Assembly (NCBI RefSeq): GCF_018977255.1
Contig: NW_024704742.1
Coordinates: forward strand, 49,602,001 to 49,666,000
DNA: 64,000 bases
Reading direction: 5' to 3'
Source of the DNA: Callorhinchus milii
Lineage: Eukaryota
Below the pieces are notes generated by a model. It searched no databases and was not told the origin of the DNA. It saw only the letters and a list, made by a program, of their open reading frames with translations. A program made the position numbers and the translations under genes. Positions 13,092 to 25,722 of the stretch are shown here, piece after piece (position 1 is the first letter of the stretch; the number at the start of each line of letters is the position of its first letter).

Positions 13092-14060
13092 GGAAGGGTT
13101 GAAGATGAGGAAGAGGGTTTTAAACTCTATCTTCTGGGGGATGGGGGTGATGGGGTCATGGGGACTAGTAAGGGAGAGAACACGAGCTGCAGAATTCTGA
13201 ACGATCTGCTAATTGTGGAGGGAAGAGTTGGGAAGGCCGACAAGCAGGGGATTGGCGTTGTCAAACTGAGATGTGGTAAATGGCTGAATGAGGGTTTCGG
13301 AGGCCTGAGGGGAGAGGGAATGGCAGAGCCGGGGTATGTTGCGGAGGTGGGGAAAGGCAGAGCGGGTTATGGCATGGATATGGGATAGAAAGGACATTTG
13401 AGGTGGAGTGTGCAACCATGGATGGTGATGCTGTCAGTGCCTGAGGTGTGGAGGCGCTGACGGGAGCCAATCAGGAGAGCCTCGGACTTGTTGAAGTTCA
13501 ACTGTAGAAAGTTAGCTCTCATCCAGGACTTGATGTGTGACAGACATTCTGTCAGGACAGCAGTGATCCTAGAGTCGAGGGTGGAGGCAGAGAGATAGAG
13601 TTGGGTGTCATCCACATACATATAGAAGTTGACACCATAATGTTACCAAGAGGGAGCATGTACATGTTGAAGAGGAGTCGACCAAGGACAGAGTCCTGAG
13701 GAACGCCGCATGAGACGGTGCGGGGGCTGGAGGAGAAGACGTTTGTGGAGACAAAGTGGAGATGGTCTGAAAGGTAGAATTTGAACTAGTCAAGAACAGG
13801 ACCATGAAGGTTTAGGTGAGAGTAGAGGCGAGTGAGGAAGATAGAATAGTCGACAGTGTCAAAGGGAGCAGTGTGGTCAAGGAGGATGAGGAAATAGATT
13901 GAGCCCTGGTCACAGATGGACAAAATGTCATGTGTCATTTTGATTAGGGCAGCACGGAAACCCATTTGGAGGGTTTTGCAAAGGGAATGGCGAGAGAGGA
14001 AGGAGCGAAACTGGGAAGCAATGACTTGTTCCAGGAACTTGGAAAGGAAAGCAGATCAGG
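13092..14060 (-). mobile_element. L2 LINE RT fragment
   Basis: MYVDDTQLYLS...WMRANFLQLNFNKSEALLIG on the minus strand. Confidence 0.88.
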
Positions 14061-15127
14061 TAAGCTTGGTGAAAAAAAAATATTGGGAGGCAGCAAAGGA
14101 TTTGCGACAATTCCATTTTATGTTTCTCTTCTGCTGGTTTCCAAACTAACCCAGAATGATTAGTGAGGGTGATTTATTGAACCAGAAACTGGTTAAGGGA
14201 AATCATGAGTCCGGATCATGGCTCTAATCAAATCAAGATTATACCAACCAGCAAACACTAAGTAGCGCCAGCCTTCATATTAGAACATGGGCAAGGGTAA
14301 AGGGAATACAGTACAATTAACTTTATACAGCGCCTTTTATGTTGGGAGGACATCTCAAAGGGTTTGACACAGGTGGACCCCACCCAAGCTGGGGGTGACA
14401 GCCACAGAGAGTGGGAAAGGAAACGATTACTGAAAGCGAGATCAGACAGATACATTTGAGATATGCCTGTAACTAGGGGAGGGAGGGAGTCGGAGGCACC
14501 CTGGGATGGAGTTCCAGAGAGTGGAGGAAGAATGGCTGAAATTCTGTCGTTAGTGGGGTGGACAAACGGGGAAAATGAAGCAGTGTTCACTGAGCAAAGG
14601 GAGCAGCCAAACGTATGCACCTTGAGAGAGTGGGTTTATGAAACTCACTTGCAAATGGAATATTTATTTCTTTAGCATTTTTCTAGGACCATTTAATGGC
14701 ACCTATTTGGTCTTAACATTTGAGGTCATGCAGAAATGTTTTAAAATTCAGGCATAATTTGGAAGCCAGTTCTCTTTAAGAATTGGAACACCTTCCAAAT
14801 TAAGACTGAGTTCCATGACCCTGTGCAATTTTACATTTTAAGACAAAATAGTATGGCAGATGAATTTCAAACCTCTCAGGTTCTTTTCCTCTTGTGGTAG
14901 CGGAACACTGAATTAGAGGAACAAGTCTGAGTGACAGCGACAGCCCTAGGACTCAATTGGGTGATGCGATTTGGCTGAGATTTACAAATTACTCGTCCAC
15001 TTGTACTAATAGGCATTTTACTCCACATATTCACTGATCAGATCTTTTCCCTCTACAGATTCACTGATTCCTATTAATTTTCAGCACTCCTGAATGTTCC
15101 ACATTGTTAGCTCTGACATTAAGGTAT

Positions 15128-15618
15128 GGCAGACTCCGCCAGACTACGGCATTACCTCACCCCTCACGCTGCTGAAACCCTAGTTCACGCCTTTGTCACC
15201 TCAAGGCTGGACTATGGGAACTCTCTCCTCGCCGGCCTTCCCGCCACCTCCCTCCACAAGCTGCAGGTCATTCAGAACTCTGCAGCTCGTGTACTGTCCC
15301 GCACCAGGCTTCGCGACCACATCACTCCCACCCTCGCTCGCCTCCACTGGCTCCCCATCCCCCAGAGGATTGATTTCAAGATCCTCATCCTCACCTACAA
15401 GGCCATTCACGGCCTCGCTCCCTCCTACCTCTCCAACCTACTATCCCCCTACCTACCTGCCCGTACCCTCCGTTCCTCTGGCTCTGGTCTGCTCCACGTC
15501 CCCCGCCCCAACCGCCCTACCATCGGTGGTCGGGCCTTCAGCCTCTCAGCCCCCAGGCTCTGGAACTCCATCCCCCAGTGCCTTCGCCGCCTCCTCCCTT
15601 TCCTCCTTCAAGGCCGGT
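15128..15618 (+). mobile_element. internal L2 ORF2 fragment lacking the 3' tail
   Basis: ARLRHYLTPHAAETLVHAFVTSRLDYGNSLL...LHWLPIPQRIDFK...APRLWNSIP. Confidence 0.9.
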
Positions 15619-16940
15619 ATCTGGGCCAGTACCAATCATCTCTGCCTGAAAAAGTGTTTTCTACGTTATCCACCACAAAATGTTCCCATGTCGGTGTTTG
15701 TCGGAAATGTTTCCAGAATACGTCCTGATGTGGAATTTATTCAAAAGAAATGCTTGACAAATGATATGCTTTAAAGAAAAATTTCTGACAGATTCCCAGA
15801 AAGCCTGGTGACAAAGAGATGCCCTCATAAAACAACAACGATCTCCATAGAAACCTATCTACTGCTGTTGAAGGGAACTGTCATGCTCTGAAATTTCTAT
15901 AGAAAGAAATCTTTCATGGGCTTGAAAACCATCAGTCATAAAGATCACTGCTGAAATTTATTTCACAGACAATGAGCACTTCAGAACAAATTTTCTTTAC
16001 AAGATTAATTCTAAAGTATGTTTTCCAATACTAGTGTCCCGAGAGCTGTTTGTCATTTGCTGGGGTCTAATTTGCCATGAGTGTGTGTGTCGGGGGGAAG
16101 GAAATGTGGCGCGACATGAACTGAATTTGTGTTACGCCAATAAACTACATACTGTACCAGCATTTTGTTGAAGTCAGGAAGGTATTCACTCAACATTAAC
16201 TGAAATATTGACAAAGCAAAATTTCCATGGATATGATATCGCATGTCGTATACTTCACCTCAGTATTTCTTAATGTGGTTCTTTAATAACTAGTGATATA
16301 ATCGACCTCCGGGAACTGTGGCTTGGATGTCGCTAGCATCAGAGTGCAGTCTTGTCTCTGAGGCATGGGTCAGTGACATTCTTTCAGTAACAGGAAGGAG
16401 CCCTATTGACATGACTTAGCTTCTTTAAAAAACAACTCACAAGAATAAATCTCAAATAATATAACTTATATCTCATTGAAAGGTTCACAGGTATCAAACT
16501 AAACTGTGTCTTTGTTCTAACAGTGACTTCCAAGGAGATAACAATCCTTACAGTGAAGGCCAAACCCAAAATGAAGATTGAACATTGGATAAAAAGAACT
16601 TGCCAAAAGTGTTTTCCAACTTCAATTCTCTTAGTTGTTTTGTGAAAAGTTAAGAACTTCAGTACAACACAGACTTTCCTTATTGATTCTATGATGGTCA
16701 ATACTCATGCAAGTTTTAAAGCAAAGCAGCAAAACTCTCTGAAGGGTAGTCAATATTATCACACAATACTGAAAACTTTGTTGGGCCAACACTATGTTAT
16801 TTCTAATTCTGGTCTTCACCAAAACATCCATGGAAGAGCATCAAAGAGATTTCTTCTCCATTGTGTTTGAATCCTAATTTATTTTTTTCTTTTATCAATG
16901 TTTGGATAATTTCCACCCATAGAAGGTAATTCAAATTAAC

Positions 16941-17290
16941 GTAGTGGTTAAAGCACTCGCAAGCGAGAGGACCCATATTCGATTACTGGGCAGGGTGAAA
17001 CCTTAGACAAGCTTCCTTACTCCACATACCTTTGTTTACCTAGCAGTAAGTAGGAATCCGGTTGCTAGTCGATTGGTGGATTGCTTTTCTGGGGTGTAAT
17101 CTCTTAAAAAAACATTTGGTTCCTCAAATCCATGACTGTTTGTGAGACACTGCTGTGAGCAATTGCCTGCTGCATTTCACCCACAAAACACAGTCAATTC
17201 ACTTTTCAGTATACTCTGTGAAGAGCTTTGAGACGTCTCAATGTGAGAAGGCGTTATATCAAATGTAAGGATTATTATCATTATTGTTAT
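16941..17290 (+). mobile_element. tRNA-derived SINE, long variant
   Basis: Degenerate head, CTGTTTACCTAGCAGTAAGTAGG segment, Deu-like body, L2 tail. Confidence 0.8.
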
Positions 17291-19528
17291 CTTCACTCAG
17301 GTTTGAGTACAATGGAAGACCCATTCAAGGAAAATTAAACCTTTAAACTCAAAATATGAATCGTGGATTTAAGGAATTTTAGAAATGACAGCAGAGGAGG
17401 CCACTTGGCCCAGCAAGCCCATGCTGAATCAAACTCATCCTTGCCTTTGTTCTATACGCGTTTTTATTCTTCCTCTTCAAATACTTCTCCAAGAGCCTTA
17501 TATGATAAGATAATGTAGCTAACAAAAATAAATTTCAATTATTAGTTATCCTTGCACTTGCATTTGATATAGCGCCTTATCACGTCATCGAGATGTCTCA
17601 AAGCGCTTATTCCAAAGCCTTTGATCTATTCTTCCTCTTTGTCTCACAATTTAATGACTTCTAAAGAATACAACAATAATAAAGGGAAGAACAACTTAAA
17701 GTGCTTCAAAACATTTCTGGAGAATGTTGTGACTTTGTATTTGTAGGTGAATATGGCAGACAATTTGCACACAGCAGTGTCCCACAAACAGCCTTGAAGT
17801 GAATGTCAATTTTATCTGGGCAATAAAGGAGAGAAAATGTACTATTCTTTTTATACTTCATTCATGAGCAGATCTTGTACAAAGGCATAATTCATGCTTC
17901 TGATGTATCAAAAGAATGGAGATCATCATTAAACCTTAGGGGGGGGAGGGTGACTGAGGGCAAAGTAAATTTTAACCGGACCTTCGGTTATCTACCCGCA
18001 TCCCCCTACCAGCGGCGCCATCTTTCCCCCATCCTTTCTGAATTCAACCCCCAGCTTGGGTGCAAACCCTTGATTGTCAAGTGGCTAGGGACATTCTCCT
18101 GAAGTGCTATATAAAGGCAATTTGTTGTTAGTTGTTGTTGTAAGTGACCAAATTCACTTCAATGCATGGTCATCAAATGCTGATAACCCTACTTCAGCAG
18201 CAACTTGCATTTATACTGCATTTTCCACGTAGAAGAAACACCTAAAGACATTTAACATTTATGATAGGGAGCACCTAGCAGGAGAATGGAGAATTAGGGA
18301 AGTTGGGAAAAGCATGTTTTTTTAGGCAAGTTTGGTCAAGCCGAGAGGAAGTGATGGAGAGGTTTGGGAACAAAGTTCCAGGAGGCAGGGGTGGAGTGGC
18401 TGAAGTCTTGGCCAACAATTGTGGTAAGGAGAGAGTAAGAAATGAGAAATAGAGGTAATTAGAAGACCCTTATTGTTTTCTCTTGCTGTTCTCATGACAA
18501 TTCATCCATCGCATCAGGGTTGTGAAATGCCGCAAAGCCCTGTGAAGAGTCATGCTGTGGCACACAGTAGGCAATGCTCCCAACCAGGAAGTCGACATTT
18601 CCTCACTAATTGCCAACATTACAAACAGACAAAGTGTCCAATTCACTTCAAGCCCAAAGATTTGGGTTTCATTTATTTAAAGGTTAATGTCGTTGGAGCA
18701 AAATAATGAAGATCTTAAGATTCATTTCCATTTCATTTGCAAGCAAAAGTACAAGCCAGACAAGCCAAAAGCTTCAAGTAATATTTGACATTTTTCTAAC
18801 ACCACTGCTCCCTCCCCAGATTAATTAGCTTTCTGGATTACAATTACATATAAAGTACTTGGGATGTCTTCCTGACATGAAAGGCACAAATGTAATTTTG
18901 TATTGTAAAGTAGCTGTAAATTCTCCTTAAAAAGTTTATTTACATATAATCTCTTTCAAGGTATGGCTCAAACCCTACCTCTTTGACCATGCTTTTGGTC
19001 ATCTTTCCCCTCTGATCCCTCTCAGCCTCAGTTCCAGTGCCCAACCTGATTTGTCAATTGTGGCTTTGGGATGTCCTCCTGATGTTAACCCACTATAGAA
19101 GTGTGTATTGTATGGTACTGTATATCCCTGAAGCTCAAAAGTGAAACAAATCTGCAATAGATTACGTAATTCTAGACCAGCAGGGGATTCAGACTTAAGG
19201 CAATGACTAAAGCATAATACATGAGGGATTACGTGTTCGTAAAGCAAAGAATATTACCACTTTTATGACATCCTAGGGATGTAGCTTAACTACATCCAAT
19301 GGATCATCTTTCTAATTATATGCACTGTAGATAAGCAACTGGATACAAGCATCACCTCATAAAATTCCCAGGTGAAGTTTGCCTATATTGTGACTCATTT
19401 GGATAGCATCTGTATCCCTCTCTCCAGTCTGTGCTTTTTAAAAAAAAAATTAGTGCAATCAATTTGACACCGATATCAGCAATCCACAAAGCAAAGAAGT
19501 CATTACTTAAATTCCACTTCATTAATGA

Positions 19529-19542
19529 TTTATTTTTTTATT
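19529..19542 (-). terminator. candidate YIPF7 polyadenylation signals (two AATAAA)
   Basis: TTTATT at 19529-19534 and 19537-19542 on the plus strand, ~340 nt past the stop. Confidence 0.55.
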
Positions 19543-19619
19543 ATTTTACATGGTATTGATATTGATTTCTGAACTCCAAACTATCATTTACATTAAAAAC
19601 ATCAAAAAATTGTCCCTCT

Positions 19620-19860
19620 GTTTGACAAGCTAGGACCACCCTACCCATTAGGGCTTTAGCTTGCAGGGTTAACAGGAGCTGAGTGGGAAGAATCCTTGCT
19701 CTCAGTGACTGGTCTGCCCTTCCAGGTTCTGCTGATGAGCCAGACTGGTTGTGCTGGACTTCCGAGACTGCAACAGTGGCAGACATTCTGTTGCCAAGCA
19801 TGTTACCTTGGAATGAGTTCAGCTCAAGGAAGACTCCACTTTCCTCCCCCACCCCCTGCC
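19620..19860. repeat. unclassified dispersed repeat (copy in YIPF7 3'UTR)
   Basis: Shares AGCTAGGAC..TAGGGCTTT.GCTTGCAGGGTTAACA..GAATCC..GTGACTGGTCTGCC..CTGCTGATGAGCCAG with 54360-54820, 39166-39650 and 29950-30555. Confidence 0.75.
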
Positions 19861-19882
19861 CAGGAGGATACTCACAAGCTGG

Positions 19883-20140
<258 letters not shown>

Positions 20141-20689
20141 TCACCATTTTGTGTTTGTCAGTAACTTAGTTTCAAAAAATTATAATGACCAGGACTGCAC
20201 AGGCAACAACAAATCACATTTATATGGCGCCTTTCATGTCAGGTGGACATGAGGCATTGGAGTGTCAAGGGTTTGCACCGAGTTTGGGGTTGGATTCTGG
20301 AGGAGTGGGGGGCAAGTGGGGGATGGAGGGGGAGATGACCAAAGGTCCAGTCAAAGAAGAAGGTCTTGAGATGGACCTGGAACAAGCTGAGGGAAGGGGA
20401 GAGTTGAAGGGTCTCCGAGATGGAGTTCCAGAGAATGGGAGCAGAAAGACTGCCTATGGTGGGGTGAGCAGGGCAGGGCCCATGAAGCAGGCCACTGGAA
20501 CTTGATCCTCTGGAGATAGGGAGCTAGTGAAGCCGGGTTGGTGGGGGGTGTGGAATGGGGTTGATAGGCTTGTGGAGCCTAACACAAAACAGGTTCAGAT
20601 GAAGAGGTCCTTTGAAAATATGGTCAATTTTTTTTCTACTTAGTGAGTGTTGCTGTTACAGGCATGAAGCATGAATATTTATATCTTTT

Positions 20690-20872
20690 TTGGTCAGCTA
20701 TGTGTCTAATATGTACAGAAACCCATCACCATGCTTAAGAGTACTCAAACCAAACTGGGAGTTCCACATACGTATGCCACTTACACATGGAAATTTCCCT
20801 GTGTCTGGAATGAAATGCGCACTCTCGCTCTGGGGAGATGCACCTTGCTTCCTTAATTCTGGAAAATATTAT
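20690..20872. repeat. unclassified dispersed repeat, other half
   Basis: GCTTAAGAGTA.C.AAACCA...ATGCCAC.TACACATG shared with 39166, 47180 and 54360. Confidence 0.7.
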
Positions 20873-21703
20873 TAATATTATTTACTGTAGTGTTTGATGT
20901 ATTTTTGGCATTCTGAATACAGTACTTTTTTGTAAATCATTGCTTTCATTTTAGAGTAAACTAATCCTAAACTATGATTATTTTTTGTTTTGGTTTTATT
21001 TTCTTTGCTAACACACATTCCCTTGTGGAGTACACTGGAATCGAGCTCTTTTACAAGGCAATGTTTCATTAATAAAGAAATAAGGTTATGCGACTGCATT
21101 AGATTCATCAACTGCAGTAAACTCTGCAATTTAGTGTTGTAGAATGAGCCACAAACTCAATCACATTTAACATTGCCTCATAACATTTGCTTACCTAGCT
21201 CTTTGGCATCTTAAAGTCTGCCTCGGATAAAACTACCTATTCAGCCCCATAAGGGTCACCCTACCCTTCTGAACCCCGAGGAAAATATTTTTGAACCGAG
21301 TACTTATTTTATCAACTTTGAAAAAATGGTCCCACAAGAATATGAAGCAACAACTTTCAGGACCCAAGTCTACTCCGCAATCAACTGAGCTACCCAGAAT
21401 ATCATTAACACATTTAGATTGGGGAGCTCTGATGGTATAATGCAGAGCTGCAGCTTACAGATCAGGAGCTCGCTGGTTTGAGTCCCAACCAATGCTGGTC
21501 TCAGCCATGTTGCATTTGAGGCTCTACCCAGCATGAAGGGTGCTATATAAATGCAAATTGTTGTTGTTGTTGTTAAATTGACCCACCTTCACACATATAG
21601 AGAGGACACCAGCTAGGATTCTTGCTCTTGTGCACTCTACAGCACACTCTACTGGTTCTGTGTGGCCAAGCAACCAGGTGAGAAGAGTTCAAGTTTGTCT
21701 GAA

Positions 21704-22462
21704 CAGGTTGCATAAACTTGGTCTCTATTCCCTTAATAATAATAATAATAATAATCCTTGCATTTGATATAGCGCTTTTCACGTCGGGAGGACGTCCCAA
21801 AGCGCTTCACAGAACACACTGTAAAGTGAATTGACTGTATATTTGTGGGCGAACGCGGCAGCCAATTGCGCACAGCAATGTCCCACAAACAGTCGTAGAT
21901 TGAAAATGACCAATTTATTATTGTTTTTTTTTGGTTTTGGAGGGATTATTATTAGGCGTGTGGAATAAGGAAACTTGCCCAAGGTTTCGCCCTGCCTGGA
22001 ATTGAACTCAGGTCTCTCGCTTGCAAAGCGAGTGCTCTAACCACTGAGCTACAGGACTCCCTTGAGTTTAGAAGGTTGACAGTTGATTTGATTGAGGTTT
22101 TTAAAATAATAAAGCGATTCGATAGGGTAGATATAGAGAAATTATTTCCTCTGGTGGGGAATCCAGAACAAGGGGGCATAATCTTAAAATTTGAGCGAGG
22201 CCATTTAGGAGTGAAATTAGGAAGCAATTTTTGCCCAAAAGGTAGTGGCAATCTAGAATTCTCTACCCCAAAAGGCTGTGGATGCTGGATCCGTTCATAT
22301 CTTCAAGACGGAAGTAGATAGCTATTTGTTAGGTCAGGATATTAAGGGATATGGGGCAAGGGCAGGTAATTGAGTTGAGGTACAGATCAGCCGTGATCTT
22401 ATAAAATAGAGGAACAGGCTCGAGGGGCTGAATGGCCTACTCTTGTCTCTATGTTTCTATGT
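21704..22462 (+). mobile_element. CR1 LINE 3' fragment (split by the SINE)
   Basis: DLIEVFKIIKRFDRVDIEKLFP; CR1 3' end GGCTCGAGGGGCTGAATGGCCTACTC...CTATG. Confidence 0.85.
21735..22060 (-). mobile_element. young tRNA-derived SINE, full length, nested in CR1
   Basis: Full head-to-(TTA)n copy, CpG-rich. Confidence 0.92.
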
Positions 22463-24149
22463 CTGTGATGCCTCTTCAGTTAAGTGATCTGCTGACACTC
22501 GCTGACAAGGCTCACAGTGACTATCTGGGTGGGTACTGGAGGGTGGAGCTACACCCAGCAAGAAGGACCAGGAACGGAAAAGCTCAAATCACTGGGGAGA
22601 AAATAAGAAATATATTTGGACAAGCTAAACTTCAAAAATTCCGACCAGTTTAAACTTGTAAGACTATTTTGTCTTCAATTTTAAAATCACACAAAATTGT
22701 GAAATTCATGAATTCAGTCTTAATATGGAAGCCAGTTTTTTTTGAGAACTGAGGAAAACCAGCTTCTAAATAAAGACTGAAGTTAAGAACTTTCCCTCCA
22801 CCTTGAAGCTTCCTTGTCCATCTTCGAATTGTACCTAAAGACTTTTTGACTGTGCCTACAATCACCTCCCCTTTCTCCCTGACTCAGCATCAAAATGTTA
22901 AGTTTTCCGAGATGCTATCCTGCTTGAAAGAAATTATATAAATGCAAATTGTTATTTCCACAGCACTGTGTGATCCTTAATTTTAAACCAAAATATTCTT
23001 ACAGGCTAAGATAACGCTGGCATTAAGTGTCTCATGTTTGAACGCAGGCTCCTTAAAAGATTTAATTTACTTGTTCCCATCATCTTTCTCTGAAACGGAA
23101 CTCATCGTTTCTGTACTCTGATATTTCCAAATTTCAATCATGCTTTTGAGGTAAGAAAGCTCTATCTCACCATGTATATGCGAGGGTGATGTTGACATAC
23201 AAGGCAATAATTATAATAACAATCCTTGCATTTGAGACGTCTCAAAGTGCTTCACAGAATATACTGTTAAGTGAATTGACAGCATATTTTGTGAGTGAAA
23301 GGTGGCAGCCAATTGCGCACAGCAATGTCCCACAAACAGTGGTAGATTGTTTAGTACTGATTGTTATACAGGTTCATTAGAAACGGAAGCTGAGACATGA
23401 CTAAAGCTCAATATGCTGTGAGCTATTTTAACAAGACACTTGTATTGGTTACTACAAGATGGTGAAGTGAATTATTTAATTCATCTTTAGCACTGACCAA
23501 GATCAATGCTTACATCCTTTATAACTTCTCCTTAGGAAAAACGGAAAGTGTCAGAATTCCCTGGAGAAATCCGTAAAGCTTTATCTTTTAAGATGAGGAA
23601 ATGAATAACTCATTCACTTGCAGACATGGCAGCACTTAATCGGAGAACGTCTGATCACCTCCTTTGAGCAGGCTGTAATGAGGACATGCAATATAGAATA
23701 TACAGGGAGCTACACAATACCCTACATCCAGCATTAAATCCATTCGCCCACAAAATATACACTTTACTGTATATTCTGTGAAGCGCTTGCAGTTGTCTTG
23801 AAGATGTGATAAAGCTCTATATCAAAATGCAAGGATTATTATACTATATATATATATAAATCCATTGCTAGGAATGAAATGTTCATCATTTCACTGTCTC
23901 AACAAGTAAAACATATATACTTTCTCATAAACCCAAGATTTGTAGCTCCGGATAGTCTAAACAAAACACTCAATGGAATGCATTCGTGCAGAACAGCCAT
24001 TTTATTTCACGGACAGTTTAGTGACACATCTGATCCATGGTGATATGGACCCCACATAATAATATATAACACTAATCCTTGCATTTGATCTCAAAGCGCT
24101 TCAAACGTGAGTGAAGATTAAATAAATCTTATTTTTTTCATTAACTGAA

Positions 24150-24375
24150 GCTGATGTGATGCTGTGTTCAAGGAGATCAATTCAATCCCACCCGCCCACT
24201 TTATCTCCACAGCCCTTTCAAGCCCCACTTTTGCATATGCCCATCTATTTCCCTCTTGAAAACTACAATGTATTCTGCTTCCAACACCCTTCATGGCAGA
24301 GTGTTCCACATCCCAACAACTCTTTGGGTGAAAAAAGTCCTCCTATGTCCTCCTTTCGTGGTACTTTGGCTATCT
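24150..24375 (-). mobile_element. degenerate CR1 3' fragment
   Basis: GGCAGAGTGTTCCACATCCCAACAACTCTTTGGGTGAAAAAA, typical CR1 antisense motif. Confidence 0.55.
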
Positions 24376-25168
24376 TGTAAATAGATGCAGTTTGTTAAAA
24401 TATATTACCAAAGAGGCCTACAGGCCTTTTTTGTAGTGCTAATATTTCCAGCTTATTGGAGTAAAATCCTGAATTAGTCCTCATCAACAGGCGGGCTTCA
24501 GAGCATGCTGTTCTATTCAAATTCCATCTTTTCTGAGGCTTCCAACACCAGTGCTTAAATATAATTACTTGCCCTTGGCCAAGCCACAGTTCAGGGAACC
24601 ACCATGGTGGATTGAGCAGAAGGTAGAATTGGGAACCTGTTACATTGTCAATTCTTTCATTTAGGCTATTTGACTTTTTGGAAAGGTAGAGCACCTAAAG
24701 AAACACCGTGCCTTTGGAGCCTGTACTGGGAGCCCTCCTGTTCCTTCTATACATTAATCTCCTGGATTCGCAGACAACACTAAGCTTGATAGAGTATGTG
24801 TTTGATAGAGTATGCACATGGGCTGATAACTGGCAAATAAGTTCAGTATAGATAAATGCAAGGTAACACATATAGGAATTAAGAATAGGAAACACACACT
24901 CCATGGATGGGAAAGAACTTGCCCAGGAGGAAGCTGAAAGAAATCTTGTAGTTTTAGTTGATTCATCGGTCACCATGTCAAAACAGTATGAGGTAGCAAT
25001 AAATAAGTCAAACAGGATGCTGCCAAATTGCTAAATCAGCTGCTATACATCAGTTGCCAATTACACATAGCAATGTCCCAGAAATAGCCATGAAACAAGT
25101 GACCAATCTTACTTGGATGACCTTGGTCCGTGTAAAGTCTCATCTGAAGCACGGCACCACTGACATTG

Positions 25169-25722
25169 CAACAACAACAAGATTCCATTTATTGAGCGCC
25201 TTTCACGTCAGGAGGACGTCCCAAGGCGCTGTACAGTTGGGTCAGGACCCGAGCAGGGGGGAAATGGTCAGGGTGAGGGGAGGGAAGGGAGGGAGCGAGG
25301 AGGGGGTAGAGAGTCGAGAGGGGAGCTGAAGACACGGTCAAAGAGAAAGGTCTTGAGACCGGCCTTGAAGGAGGAAAGGGAGGAGGCGGCGAAGGCACTG
25401 GGGGATAGAGTTCCAGAGCCTCGGGGCTGAGAGGCTGAATGCCCGGCCACCGATGGTAGGGTGGTTGGGGCGGGGGATGTGGAGCAGACCGGAGCCAGAG
25501 GAACGGAGGGTACGGGCGGGTAGGTAGGGGGATAGTAGGTCGGAGACGTAGGAGGGAGCGAGGCCGTGAATGGCCTTGTAGGTGAGGGTGAGGATCTTGA
25601 ATTCGATCCTCTGGGGGATGGGGAGCCAGTGGAGGTGAGCGAGGGTGGGAGTGATGTGGTCCGAAGCCTGGTGCGGGACAGTACACGAGCTGCAGAGTTC
25701 TGAATGACCTGCAACTTGTGCA
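25169..25722 (-). mobile_element. L2 LINE 3' fragment, recent subfamily
   Basis: HKLQVIQNSAARVLSRTRL...; 3'UTR and (TTG)n tail; very similar to 15128-15618 and 42114-42423. Confidence 0.9.

Noticed and set aside
15620..16860. Possible decayed coding region (KISDRFPE resembling a KCTD8/16 tail; HSDASD resembling RNase H)
   Set aside because: Matches are only 6-8 residues with nearby stops and no supporting flanks. BLASTX would settle it.
21985..22060. tRNA-Ala/Val genes at SINE heads
   Set aside because: The T-arm pairs poorly and each head runs into a SINE body and tail, so these are pseudo-tRNA heads.
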